A program made the position numbers and the translations under genes. From Azolla caroliniana (taxonomy: Eukaryota > Plantae > Polypodiophyta), in contig JBHGNT010000002.1 of assembly GCA_043228905.1 (NCBI GenBank), positions 9,300,001 through 9,364,000 of the forward strand: DNA of 64,000 nucleotides, in the 5' to 3' direction. Shown here one piece after another: positions 25,271 to 38,691 of this stretch (position 1 is the first letter of the stretch; each line of letters begins with the position of its first letter). The notes under the pieces were generated by a model, which was not told where the DNA came from, did no database searches, and saw nothing but the letters and a program-made list of their open reading frames with translations.

Positions 25271-27050
25271 TGTTGGCATAAAAGGCCGACTTCTTCCAAA
25301 TTGTATCCGTTCTAGTGTGAACTCGTTAATAAGTTAGGGCTTAGTATATAAGCGAATACCTAACATTGTAATGAGCGATGACAAGCAGACTATTGTATCT
25401 CTGATGCCTATTCTATTTTCTGTATGTGTTGTTTGCTGTCTAGTACCGACTACAGATCCATACACGTTTCTGCACATAGTACTCATAACCAGAACTGGTA
25501 TCAGAGCCAAATCTTTGCTGTTTGGCGGCAATAGACAACAGAAGAAGCTGAAAGAAAAGACCAGGTCAGAAATCTCAAGTTCACAAACAGAATATGGCTT
25601 CAATATTTGGAACAGGAGTTGAAATCAAAAAATTCGACGGCAAAAACTTTGCCTCATGGAAGGAGATGATGCAGGATGTGCTGATTATTCGAAGATAGGT
25701 TGAAGCCATTTGGCACAGCGAAAAACGTGCTTCAATGACAGCCGAGGAGTGGAGATCAACGGATGAAATCGCACGCTCCACCATCTGAATGCATCTGACC
25801 GAAAACGTCTATTTCAGCATGGTGAAAGAGACGACAACGTTCTCATTGTGGGAGAAGCTACAAGCCGTCTATGAGAAGAAGTCCTCATTTTCGAAACTGA
25901 TCTTAATCAAACAATTGTTCAACATGAAGATGAAAGAGAATGATCGGGCAACCTCCCACATCAACACCTTCAACCGAGTGTTGTCAGAGCTCTCGTCACA
26001 AGGGATCAACTTCGAAGAAGAAGTGAAAGTCCTTGTCCTCCTATCGAGCTTGCCGGCGAGTTGGGAGGTATTCTGTATGACTTACGCCAATAACCGACCA
26101 ATCCTAAATCTGGACGAAACAACCGGCAAAGTCCTCACAGAGGACATCGGGCAAAAATTGATGGGACTAACCATCGATGAGTCGGTAGAAGCCCATCACT
26201 TGACCGAGTCGTTCGACCGACAGAGTTGAAGTAAAGAACAAGCCGACAGAACCGGTCGTCACTACAGCCGATTGAAAAGAAGGGGTGACCGACACGGTCG
26301 AAGTCAAGAATGGGCCGAACAAGTGAGTACTGCACACACTGCAGGAAAGCTAGTCACAATGTTTCCGACTGTTGGTCAATAAAAAGAAAAGAGAGTGGTT
26401 GGCGATTTGAGCGGAATCGGGGATGTTCCAACTTGGACCACTCTCTAGTCGGCAACCAGATCAATGTTGCTGACACGCGATCCGGAGAAATCCTCTCCCT
26501 AGAGGATTCGAGGATCGGAGAAGTCCTCTACAGTGCACAAGTTGCACACATGTGGCTACTAGACTCTGGTGCCACATTTCACGTGACCCCCAACGTTGAA
26601 TGGTTCTCGAACTATTCAGCCGACGCGAACAACATAGTCTGACTGGGAAACAGGCAGGAGTGCAAGATAACCGGAACTAGGGAGGTTCCCATCAGATTGC
26701 CAAATGGCAACACAATAACCTTGCACTGAGTTCGGCATGTACCCGATCTAAAGAGGAGTTTGGTCTCCATCGGCATGTTAGCCGAAGACGGGTATCGAAT
26801 GACTCTACATGAGTCGACATGGGTGATCAACCAAGGAAACCTCAAAATCGGTAGTGGGCATAAGTATAATAATCTATACCTATTGATGACGATCAACCTT
26901 GAAGGGGTCGCGAACGTAGCCGAGAAAACCGACCCGAACTTATGGCATGGCCGACTTGGCCACATGTCTCAAGCTGGACTTGATCGGCTGATGTCGGTCG
27001 GCTACATCCCGAAACTCCAGGCAAAGATGGACTTCTGCAAGCACTGTTGA

Positions 27051-30000
27051 TGTCATGAGATGGCAAGACTTGAACCCATGACCTTATGATATATGGGTCG
27101 AGCTCTTAACCATCACACCATCTATTGTAATTCATAGGATATTATTTTCATTTATGTTTTATTATAAGAAAGTAATGTATATTCCAGATTTCTCTGGAAC
27201 ATTCTAGAAGTTTTAGGATTACTCTTGACAACACTATAAAAGAAGGCACTAGGCATTATGTCGAACCAAATTGGTTCAACGCCAGTCTTAAGCCTCTCAG
27301 TCGCTTTGTACTTATCTTTTCACATAATATATTAGCTGCTGTCATCATCTTTCTCTCTCTCTCATCCTCGCTATCTCTCTCTCTCTCCTCTTCTCACTTC
27401 CTCTCTCGGGAATCTTACGCAATCCCGTCCTCTTAGTACTAATAGTACTGCTCTTCTTAGTACTAATTCCATCTCTGCTTTAGTACTATTCCTGACAGTT
27501 TGAACCAATTTTTCCTTTCCTCCAGCCTACTTGTCGTTCTCCCTCATCCTCCTACCCTTTTCCCTATACTATGGCTACTGTTAGTGCCCAAGAATATCAA
27601 TCCGTTTTCTCCGAGTTATAGTGCCTAAAAGAAAAGTTTGTTGCCCTGGAACAAGAAAACCAACGGTTGATAGGGGATTTGCAACAAATTGCTCTCGAAA
27701 AACAACAAACGCAACAACAACATGGGGAGTTAGCATTACGGGTACAACAACTCGAAGCAGCGTTGCAACAACAAGGATCAAGTCCCCAAGGATTTCATAA
27801 AGAGCCCAAGATTGGACTTCCTGTGAAATTTGATGGAACGCGATCGCAATTCCGGGGATTCCTTAATCAGGTACGATTAGTCATCCAAATGCATCCTTCC
27901 CGATATCCCACTGATGCATCTCGAGTCGGCCTAATAGGCACGTTACTTAGTGGCTCAACCTTGGCATGGTTCGCTCCACTTCTAGAAAAACAATCACCCT
28001 TGCTTAATAACTTTGAAGATTTTATTGGTGAGTTTAAAGCCTGCTTTGGAGATACCGACAACATCAGGACGACGATCAACAAGATCCGAAGATTGCGTCA
28101 AGGCGATCGTCTAGCCTCTGCCTAAGCGGCGGATTTCTGTCTACTCGCCTCAGATATTCCCTGGGATGATCAGGCCCTCATGGAGCAGTTTCGCTACGGC
28201 TTACGCAATGATGTCAAAGATCTGCTTTTAACCTTCCCCGAAGAACCAAAGTCTCTTACGGAGGCAATCAATCGAGCGGTCCGATGCGACAACCACCTTT
28301 TCGAACGGCGTTCCGAGCGTCAGTTACAAATACCACGCTCTCGGCCGGAACCCACATACACCTCAGTCACGGCTAAACCGTTTGCACGCGATGTACCTCA
28401 AGCCAATATTCCGACACCGATGGAGATCGACACCATGCGTCGACGCGGCCCGTTATCGGAAGAAGAAAAGCAATGACGACGTGCCAATCGATTATGCCTT
28501 TATTGCAGTGGATCAGGGCATATCGCCATCAATTGTCCCCATAGGCCAAGAAGACAGGTAAATCAAATCGTCGCTTGTACTAAACCCGAGTCAATTCTTC
28601 CCTTCGGAGTGTCTGATAGTATTAATAGTACTAATAGAGTGTCAGATAGTATTCATAGTACTAATAGCCCAAGTATCTCAAATAAATTTGAAATCCTTAG
28701 TCAATTAGATGAAGAGTTAAACGATTGAGTCCAGCCAAAATAGGAGCCGTTTGGTTGGACAACAACCCTAGATCTGTACAGCCCATTAGTGGTTCCATTC
28801 CTTCCAAGCAAGTTAGCAATGTGTTCCTAGCCCAAGTCATTGTTAGTACTAAAAGTACTCCCCCAGTACCCGTCCTAGCACTCTTAGATTCCGGAGCTAA
28901 TTTCTGTTTCATGGATCGAAATTTTGCCCAAGCTTCTCAGATAGCCCTAAGAAAACTTCCTTGTCCCGCATCTGTAGTAGTCATTGATGGTCGTCCCATT
29001 GCTTCCGGGAATATTGTAGAAGAATCAGAACCCATTCAAGTTGTCCTAGGTAGTTTTGTGTGTGTAATATCATTTAATATAATTAGTAGTCCAGAGCATC
29101 CCATTGTCCTAGGATTACCTTGGTTTGAATTACATAATCCAGCCATAGATTGGAGAACAAGAGAAGTCCGATATCGACCACCCCAAGAATCTACTCACCG
29201 AGTTTCGACCATTTCACTCCATCAATTACGCGAAGAAGGACACAAGGAGGCAATGTTCCTATTTGCAATATCAGTACATCCTTCCAGCACTATTAAGAAG
29301 GACTCCTCAGTACAACTTCCGGCAAAATATCATCCTTATGCCGATGTATTTGACAAGGTAAAAGCCGGTACCCTTCCTCATCACCGTCCCTATGACTGTC
29401 CCATCGATTTACAACCAGGAACAGAGCCACCATGGGGACCAATTTACAACTTGTCACCCACTGAGTTAGAAGTCCTTCGAGCCTACATAGAGGAGAACTT
29501 GGCAAGTGGGTTCATCCGTCATTCGAAATCTCCGGCCGGTGCACCCATCTTCTTTGTCAAGAAGAAAGATGGCTCACTTCGTCTCGTCGTTGATTACCGC
29601 GGATTGAATAAGGTCACCATCCGGAATAGGTATGCACTTCCTCTTATATCAAGTCTTTTGGAGCGAGTTAATGGTGCCAAGTTTTTTACCAAAATCGATC
29701 TACGAGGAGCGTATAACCTCGTGCGGATCCGACCAGGAGATGAATGGAAGACCACCTTTCGCACGCGGTATGGGCATTTCGAGTATACTGTTATGCCGTT
29801 CGGCCTAACCAATGCACCCGCAGTCTTCCAACACATGGCAAATGATATATTCAGAGAACTCTTGGATATCTGTTTGATCATCTATCTTGATGATCTATTG
29901 ATTTATTCGAAGACCCAGCAAGAGCACGATTCTCATGTACTATTAGTACTAAAGCGACTCCGCGAGAGTGGTCTTTATGCCAAGCTTTGACTGCAAGCAA

Positions 30001-32743
30001 GTGGAATTTCTAGGCTACGTCATCTCCTCAAAAGGCATCGCCATGGATCCAGCTAAAGTCCAAACTGTACTAGAGTGGCAAATTCCACGGTCGGTACGAG
30101 ATGTACAATGTTTTCTAGGTTTTGCTAACTTCTACCGTAAGTTTATACAGGATTACTTGAAGATTATCTTACCCCTCACACAACTTACGAAGAAGGGCCA
30201 AGCATTTCTTTGGTCCATTGAAGCAGATATGGCTTTTCGGCATCTTAAGAAAGCCTTTACATCAGCACCGATTCTAGGTCATGTGGATACTAGCAAAACA
30301 TTCATCATGGAGGCCGATGCTTCAGATTTCGCCCTCGGTAGCATCCTTTCTCAACAAGGAGATAAAGAAGAGTTGCATCCGATGGCTTTCCATTCGCGCA
30401 AATTCGATGTTGCGGAAATCAACTACGAAATACATGACAAGGAGTTATTAGCCATCGTGGATTCATTTGTGCAATGGCAGCATTTCTTAGAGGGCTCTCC
30501 ACATTAGGTCGTTGTCTTTAGTGATCATAAAAATCTTGCTTATTTCCAGAACGCTCGCGTACTAAATCGACGGCAAGCTCGGTGGGCGCAATTCCTCACG
30601 TGTTTCGACTTCAAAATCACATATCGACCGGGGAAGTAGCAAGGAAAAGCAGATGCACTATCATGGCGTTCATATCTTGCACCTCGTCCTGGTGATCCAA
30701 CATTTGATAATCAAAAGCAAGTAATCTTGGGACCAACACGATTGCACACGACGCAGATTTTTCACACCCCGATGGATTCACGGATTACCGATGGCATCCG
30801 TGCAAACTTGAAGACGGATAGTTTTGCTCAAAACATCTTGGCGCACATTGATACTTCTCGGGCATCCTGTTCTCAGTCTCAACAACCAGGTATTGACTAC
30901 CGACAATTCGAATATCATGATGGTTTGTTATTCTTTAAAAAGCGCGTATATGTCCCCGATTGCTCCTGTCGCCTTCAAATCATCCAGCATTGTCACGACA
31001 CCTATACGGCGGGACATTTCGGTAGTATTAAGACGTTGGAGCTAGTGTAACGATCTTTTTGGTGGCCCCACATGCGCCGTTTTGTCGACGACTACGTTTG
31101 GACCTATGATGCTTGCTGCTGAGCAAAGATGCCACGACACCATCCATATGGCTTGTTGGAACTCTTACCGATTCCAAGTAAGCCGTGGCAATCTATTCTT
31201 CTTGATTTTATCATAGATCTGCCGGTCTCGCAGGGGTTCGATGCTATCTTAACCGTCGTTGATCGATATACGAAGTTGGCACATTTTGTTCCGTGTACTA
31301 AGGCCATCAGTAGCGAGGAAAACGCCGCCCTAGTCATGCGTGAGGTATTTCGGCATCATGGCCTCCCAGACTGTATCATCAGTGACCGAGGACCGCAATT
31401 TGTCTCCAAATTTTGGCAGCATCTCTTCAAGATGCTAAAGGTCTCTTGCAACCTCTCCTCCGGCTACCATCCTCAGACCGATGGGCAGGCAGAACGAACA
31501 AACCAAACGCTGGAGCAATATCTCCAGTGTTTCCTGAGTTATCAACAAGACGATTGGGCCGAGATTCTCCACTTTGCGGAGTTTGCGTATAATAATGCTA
31601 TTCACTCCTCGACTCGAGTCTCCCCATTCTACGCTTATACTGGTTCTCATCCTCGCTGGTCGGTGATCGACACCCCGGAGCTACCTACCAATCCTCGTGC
31701 TGGGGATCATTTGGAGAGACTACGCAAGATCCAGACAGATCTCTCGACTCATCTTCGTCATGCTCAACAGACACAGAAGACTTACACGGATCGTCATCGG
31801 CTTCCCTCCTCTTTTGCCATCAGAGATCGAGTATGGCTCTTACGTCGTCACATCAAGACTACTCGACCGTGCAACAAGTTGGATTATCGACGACTCGGTC
31901 CTTTCCTTATTACGGGTAAAGTTAATGATGTCACATTCCGCCTTGATCTTCCTTCGTAGCTTCAGATACATCCGGTTTTCCATTGTTCTCTTCTTGAACC
32001 TTATAAAGCAAACACCATTCCCGATCGTGTTACACCACCGCCGCCCCCGCTGGAGTTGGACGCCGACCCGGAGTATGAAGTTGCTGCCATCCTCGATTCC
32101 AAACTTATTCGCAACAAAATTTATTATTTGGTCGATTGGGTTGGTTATAGTCCAAGCGAACGCACTTGGGAACCTGTCGAGCATGTTGCCAATGCTTAGG
32201 ATCTGCTTGCTGATTTCCACTGAAAGTATCCAGACAAACCCGGTCCGCAATCAGCGCCGACTCGTTCCACTCGTCGTCTTTAAGGGGGAGATATTGTCAT
32301 GAGATGGAAAGACTCGAACCCATGACCTTATGGTATATGGGTCGAGCTCTTAATCATCACACCATCTATTGTAATTCATAAGATATTATTTTCATTTATG
32401 TTTTATTATAAGAAAGTAATGTATATTTCAGATTTCTCTAGGACATTCTAGAAGTTTCAGGATTACTCTTGACAACACTATAAAAGAAAGCACTAGGCAT
32501 TATGTTGAACCAAATTGGTTCAACGCCAGTCTTAAGCCTCTCAGTCGCTTTGTACTTATCTTTTCACATAATATATTAGCTGCTGTCATCATCTTTCTCT
32601 CTCTCTCATCCTCGCTATCTCTCTCTCTCTCTCCTCTTCTCACTTCCTCTCTCGGGAATCTTACGCAGTCCCGTCCTCTTAGTACTAATAGTACCGCTCT
32701 TCTTAGTACTAATTCCATCTCTGCTTTAGTACTATTCCTGACA
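27051..32743 (+). mobile_element. Tcn1-like chromovirus (Ty3/gypsy) element E, full length
   Basis: LTRs 27051-27497 and 32295-32743 (~13 substitutions by eye), TSD gttga/gtcga; gag 27571-28728, protease LLDSGA, RT YLDD, RNaseH, integrase, chromodomain EYEVAAILD...TWEP ~32070-32230, PPT aagggggagata. Confidence 0.95.
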
Positions 32744-34813
32744 GTCGATATGGGAAACATACCCGAAGTCCGCACTCTCTCCACTGAGACGGTACGACAA
32801 CCCCTAGAGCTCGTGCACACAGACATAAGTGGGCCCATGCCAGAGCGATTACTAGGAGGCTCCCGATACTTCATCACATTCATAGATGATTGTATACGGA
32901 AAGTTTGGGAATACTCCATCAAGTCCAAAGATGAAGCGCTCGAGGTCTTCACTCGATGGATATCTGAAGTGGAGAATCGGTCGGGACACAGAGTGAAGAC
33001 ACTCCGATCCGACAATGGAGGTTAGTACACCTCCAGAGCCTTCAAACAGTACCTGTCTGAAAAAGGGATCCAACATCAAAAGACCGTTCCTTACACACCC
33101 ATGCAGAATGGGGTGGTTGAACGGATCAACCGAATGATCCAGGAGAGGGTGACGACAACGCTCCAGCAAGCCGGACTGAAGTAGGAATTCTGGGCTGAGG
33201 CATTGTAGACGACAGTGTACCTGATAAATCTAGCGTCGTCAAGAGCAATAAGGCTCGAAGTGCCACAAGCACTATGGTCAAGCAAACATCTGATCTACAA
33301 TAGGCTCTGTATATTCGGATGCGAAGCCTACGCGTTCATCCCAAGGGACAAAAGGACGAAGTTGGCACCCCATGCAACAAAATGCATATTTCTCGGTTAT
33401 GGAACCGATGGGGACTTCGGCTACCGGCTATGGGACCCTAAGAACCAGAAATTGATTCGGAGCAGTGACATAGTCTTCAATGAAGACTCTATCTTCTCTC
33501 AATGGAACAATAGAAAACAGTTGGTAAGAAGGTATCCTTCAAAGATGATAGCATTGTCATAGAAGGACCGACCCAATGGGCCGAATCGGAGACTCAACAA
33601 ACAATCGAACTCCAACAAATTGCCAACTTCCCTGCCGACACCGAATCGACAACAAGTCCTAACGTCGAACTCAAAGACCAAGCAATCAAAGACACAGCCA
33701 AATCGAGAAGAGTCGACAAAGGCAAAGTCGCTAAGAGGCTAGTCAGAATCGAGTCGACAACAACCACAGGGGAGAACAACCAGACACCGCTGAAATCCCA
33801 AACCGAGGGCGGGACACCTAACAAGAATCCTGACACAACTGGTTCAACAAATACCGATCGTCAATCCGAACCGATCGAAGAATCCGAACCAGATATTATG
33901 GCACCCAGGAGATCTGGACGAGCTCGAAGGCAAACAAAGTTTTATCAACCGGGCCTCGACTATGTCCACTGTACGGATGTAGGTGAACCACGCACATATG
34001 ACGAAGCTATGGTTGCACCGGACGCTGAAACATGGTTGCAGGCCATGAAATCCGAAATGGACTTGATTCATCAGAATCATACATAGGAGCTCGTCGAACT
34101 ACCAACAGGAAGAAAGCCACTACCTTGCAAATGGGTGTTCCGATATAAGTATGTATCCAACTCAAAGAAACCCAAGTACAAAGCTCGGCTTGTCGCGAAA
34201 GGATTCAAACAGGAATACGGGGTCGACTACGACGAGATATTCTCACCAATAGTCAAGATGATCACCCTCCGACTCCTACTAGGAGTCGTGGCGACAGAAG
34301 ATCTAGAGTTCGAGCAAATGGACGTAAAGACGACATTCCTACACGGAAATCTGGAAGAAGATATATACATGTCTCAACCGGCAGGCTTCACGGCGACGGG
34401 GGAGGACAGTCACCTCGTATGTCGACTAAAGAAAAGTCTATATGGCCTAAAACAAGCATCGAGAATTTGGTACCAAATGTTTGACTCCTACATACAACAG
34501 CTTGGATACAACAGATCAGACTCCGACCCATGCATGTATGTTCGGCAACTGGCCGATGAATCAAGGATCTATCTGATCCTATACGTTGACGACATGTTGA
34601 TTGCAGGGAGCAATCAAGCAGAGATCAGTAAGCTGAAGCGGAGCCTTCACGCAAAGTTCGCGATGAAGGAACTTGGACAAGCCCGACACATACTGGGCAT
34701 GAGGATAGAGTGAAATCGGACGACCAAAACTCTCCGACTCTCCCAGTCCGAATATATCCGCAAGGTGCTAAAGCGCTTCAACATGGAGAACGCGAAGCCA
34801 GCACCAACACCGT

Positions 34814-35538
34814 TGTCGTGCCTTTCGGCTCCGGATCGTTGCGTGAGTCGGGTGGGAACCACTAAGGTTTTGGACTAGGAGAAAGAAGAATATGAGATAA
34901 GGCTCCTTATGAATGGATTGCAAGAAAGAGAAATATTTGAAGGAAGATATGAAACTCGTGAATCCCACGAGTATAGTGTATTAATTGATACTTAGAATGT
35001 AAGAGAGAAATAGATGGCAAAATCGTGAATCCCACGAATATTTTTTTATTAATCAACCCTTGTAAAATAATCAACAACCCCCCATACATCTTTCTCTCCT
35101 CCTTATATAAGGATGGAAGAGGCTAAGCACAGCTTCATGCTTTTTCTAAAGTGTTCATGCACACTAAATGTGCATGAGTAGCCTTTTTACACTATGATTT
35201 TATTTCCTAAATATAGTGCTCATGCTCGCTAGATGTGCACGAGTCATTTTTTATTGGTGTACATTTTTCTTATAAATAAAGTATTCACGCATTCTAGAAA
35301 ATGCATGATAAATAAAGGTAGGCGTAAATAAAAGTCTTATATGTATTAAATCTATATTTAAAACACTTAAGATAAGTTAGTATAGTGGTAAGGTTGGGGT
35401 TTGTCTACGTGGAGGTACAGGGTTTGAATCCTGCCCTATACATGTAATAAATGTTTTTAATATTTTATTTTATTTATTATACGTACTTTAATATAGTATT
35501 TTACATATTTCACGTAGTGTGTGATTCACACTACGACA
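34814..35538 (-). mobile_element. Solo LTR of the Trp-primed gypsy family in the RT of D
   Basis: tgtcg...cgaca termini, TSD ccgt/ccgc, left end resembles the C LTR; tRNA-like cassette at 35378-35433. Confidence 0.85.
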
Positions 35539-36547
35539 CCGCTTCCGACGTCGATCAGACTATCGGATAGAGACTCTCCTGCAACGGACAAGGAGAGAGA
35601 GCTTAATGGAAAGATGGCCTACGCATCGGCAGTAGGAAGTATCATGTACGCAATGGTCGCGACCTGACTTGATCCGACCTAGTCTATGCCGTAGGGGTGG
35701 TCAACCGGTACATGTCAAACCCAGGAAAGAAGCACTGGGAGGCTGTCAAGCACATCCTTAGGTATCTAAAAGGAACCACGGATGCACAGATGACTTTCAG
35801 ATTGACAATCTCAACCGAAATCAAAGGTTACACCGACTCCGACTATGTCGGGAACACAGACAATCGGAAATCGACATTAGGCTACATCTTCATCTACCAC
35901 AGAAGCCGAGTATATAGCAGCATTAGAATCAGTGAAGGAAGCGATCTGGCTGCACCGACTGACTGCTGACTTTGGAACTGCAAACCGAATAGACCGACCA
36001 ACGCCGACTATTTATTGTCACTCACAGAGCGCAATACACCTCATCAACAATCCCGTCTACCATGCGAAGAAGAAGCACATTGAGGTGCGGTATCATCATA
36101 TTCGGGAGCTCGTGACCGAGAAGAAACTTGAAGTCCGGAAGATCGACACCAAGGTGAACATTGCCAATTGCCTGACGAAGCCACTCCCAGATCAACACTT
36201 CGGAATGCTAAGGACAAAGGTGGGGCTACGATAAGCGACCAAGCAGAAGAAAGCCGAATGAGGAGCAGAAGGTAAGAGCTGACCAACACTCTTCCAAATT
36301 GTATCCATCCTAGTGTGAACTCGTTAATAAGTTAGGGCTTAGTATATAAGCGAATACCTAACATTGTAATGAGTGATGACGAGTAGACTATTGTACCCCT
36401 GAGAAAGAACTAAGTAATAAGAAGCTTTCCATTAAAGCTCCATTTGTGTAAATCTCCACGCCTATTCTATTTTCTGTATGTGTTGTTTGCTGTCCAGTAC
36501 CGACTACAGATCCATACACATTTCCGCACATAGCACTCGTAACCACA

Positions 36548-37593
36548 GCCGCCACCGATAGTCCCGTGTCATTCCATTCACGCCGTTTGTCGAAACGTCT
36601 ACAAACCCTTTTTACCACGACCCAATCGGCCGTGAGCCCTTCATCTGTCTCCAATAGGAGACCCACCTTTTCCCGATCGAGCACGTCTACCGACTTGATA
36701 AACAACAAGACCTTGTTTGTATCAACCACGGTCCCCTCCATTGCTGAAAGGTGCGCGAACCATTTTTCGAAATCTTGGAGGAGCACCGAGGTATTCCTCC
36801 CTTTCTCGGAACTCTCGACCCATTCCATGAACTCCCGTTTCAACAAACAAAGAGAGTCGTCGAAACCATACCTCTCGAGGAGCCGTCCCTCGAACTCCGA
36901 CCAATTTTGGCAGTTGGCTTGAACCTCGAGCAGCTCTGCGTGGATGCTCGGTGTCACAATTCGCAGAAATCCGGAGAACTGTCTGTCCTCTAGGATATCC
37001 CTCATTATCATTTCGTCCTGGTAGGCATCCAGATAGATTGTCACGTCCTTCCCATTAAATCGGCCTATCATACCGACTATCATCTCTATGGCCCTGTTAA
37101 GGCCACTTGTCCCCTCCCGTGCATTTACTATCCGGTCAACAACCACTGCCATCGCCTCCATGAGTTTGCTTCCTCTTATCTTGGACTCCTCTGCCGCCCC
37201 TTTTCACGTCGGGTTCACCAAATATGTCGCGGATATCCACAGGTTTGTGTTGAAACAAGCGGGACCACCGAACTAAGGAGCTGGTATGAGAAGGAGGTTG
37301 CCAGAATGGTTTTTGGATAACCTCGCCGGATCGGTTCCCGGATGCCGGCAGTGGGTGCATGGGCTCGGAGACATGCATTGTTCCGGATCGGATGCTAGAT
37401 AGCAGCGACGAGCTCGCGGGCTCACTCACTCAAACAGACAAACTCAACAGGAATAGATCAAAGACAAGAACACGGGAAAGCCCAAACACATAGAGAGACC
37501 CAATGAACTAATGATTAACAGAGAAACAGAAAATATTACAACCGGATGCGACCGACAAAAGAGCTTCGAGCTCTCTACACACACAGACACACA

Positions 37594-37652
<59 letters not shown>

Positions 37653-38691
37653 ACCAACGAGCCTCCCATTAGGAGCACACAAGTTACTAGTGCAAAATGG
37701 TGGCCTTATAGCACAATGACAGGAAATCGGAAAATAGAAAATGTGAAGGAAGCCGGTAGAGCTCGGTCCGGCAACACTTTGTCCTCCCAAAATCGTGGAT
37801 CGTCAAAAAAATTCAAAGCCTCCCTTTTTATAGCACAAGGGGAGCCTGTTACATCACGTTTAAGCTAGCCGATTCAGTCAGAGATCGCCCTCGATTCTCT
37901 CCACCTAACCTTAGTCTTATTTGTTCAGAATCAACCGGCTACAACCGGTTACTCGTTTCATGTATTCGGGTGCAAAAACGAGAAAAACAATGCTAAGACA
38001 GAAAACGAGAAAGCAGAGAACACAGGTACAATGACACACAATTTTTCACATGGAAAACCCGGAAGGGAAAAGCCACGGGGGTCCACAAACCCCAAGAAAC
38101 AGAATCATTAAGTAGAGAGAGGAATACAAGGAGACTCGCAGGCAGCATGCTTGAGCTCGTCTTCGTCTAACAAACGGCGGCTGAGTTACAACTCACACAC
38201 TCTCTCACACTCTCGCTATCACAGATGCAACTTCTTTTTCTGTAACTATACAACAAAACTCATCTACTGCACACATTACTAAAGTTTGCCCTAGTTGTAT
38301 TTATACTTATACAACTTTATGGCTATTTACATACATAGCCCACATAGGGTACATTTCGCGTATTTACAAACATAGTCTCCCGAGTTGGCTATATCCTCGA
38401 TTTTAGTTTCGGCCTCAGCCAAGTTACTCATCAATTCAGCTCGTCTTCCCATCCGGAGGGACCTGTTTCCCAACATTATTCTCTATACGTGTGGGACATT
38501 AAGTACCCATTAACTCTCTACCTAGTACCTTCAATATTTTACACATAATTACATTTCTTGTACTTTGGTCCTTGTGTTTATGCCTATTTGCACACCCTCG
38601 CTCACACGTTTGTCTGACCGGTCCTCGTGTCAGAAACCCATTTCACATGCGCTCGACCCCTTTTTCACCATATGGCCGGAATTCTTTTACA
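36548..38691 (-). mobile_element. Element B 5' part: gag, Trp PBS and 5' LTR
   Basis: gag ORF 36388..37161 homologous to A; PBS 37203-37220; LTR 37225-~38691 with (CA)n, related to 42696-43080. Confidence 0.82.
37954..38475 (-). mobile_element. Copia-type solo LTR inserted in the B LTR
   Basis: Homologous to LTR 52162-52737; ends cccaaca; TSD ttact/ttatt. Confidence 0.72.

Larger units (their letters stand above)
25271..36547 (+). mobile_element. Ty1/copia element D (iMet PBS), decayed, hosting E and a solo LTR
   Basis: 5' LTR 25271-25493, PBS tggtatcagagcc 25496; gag, protease LDSGAT, GAG-pre-integrase, integrase 32750-33560, RT YVDD 34135-34800, RNaseH 35697-36234, 3' LTR ~36290-36547; TSD gttgc/gccgc. 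Confidence 0.9.
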
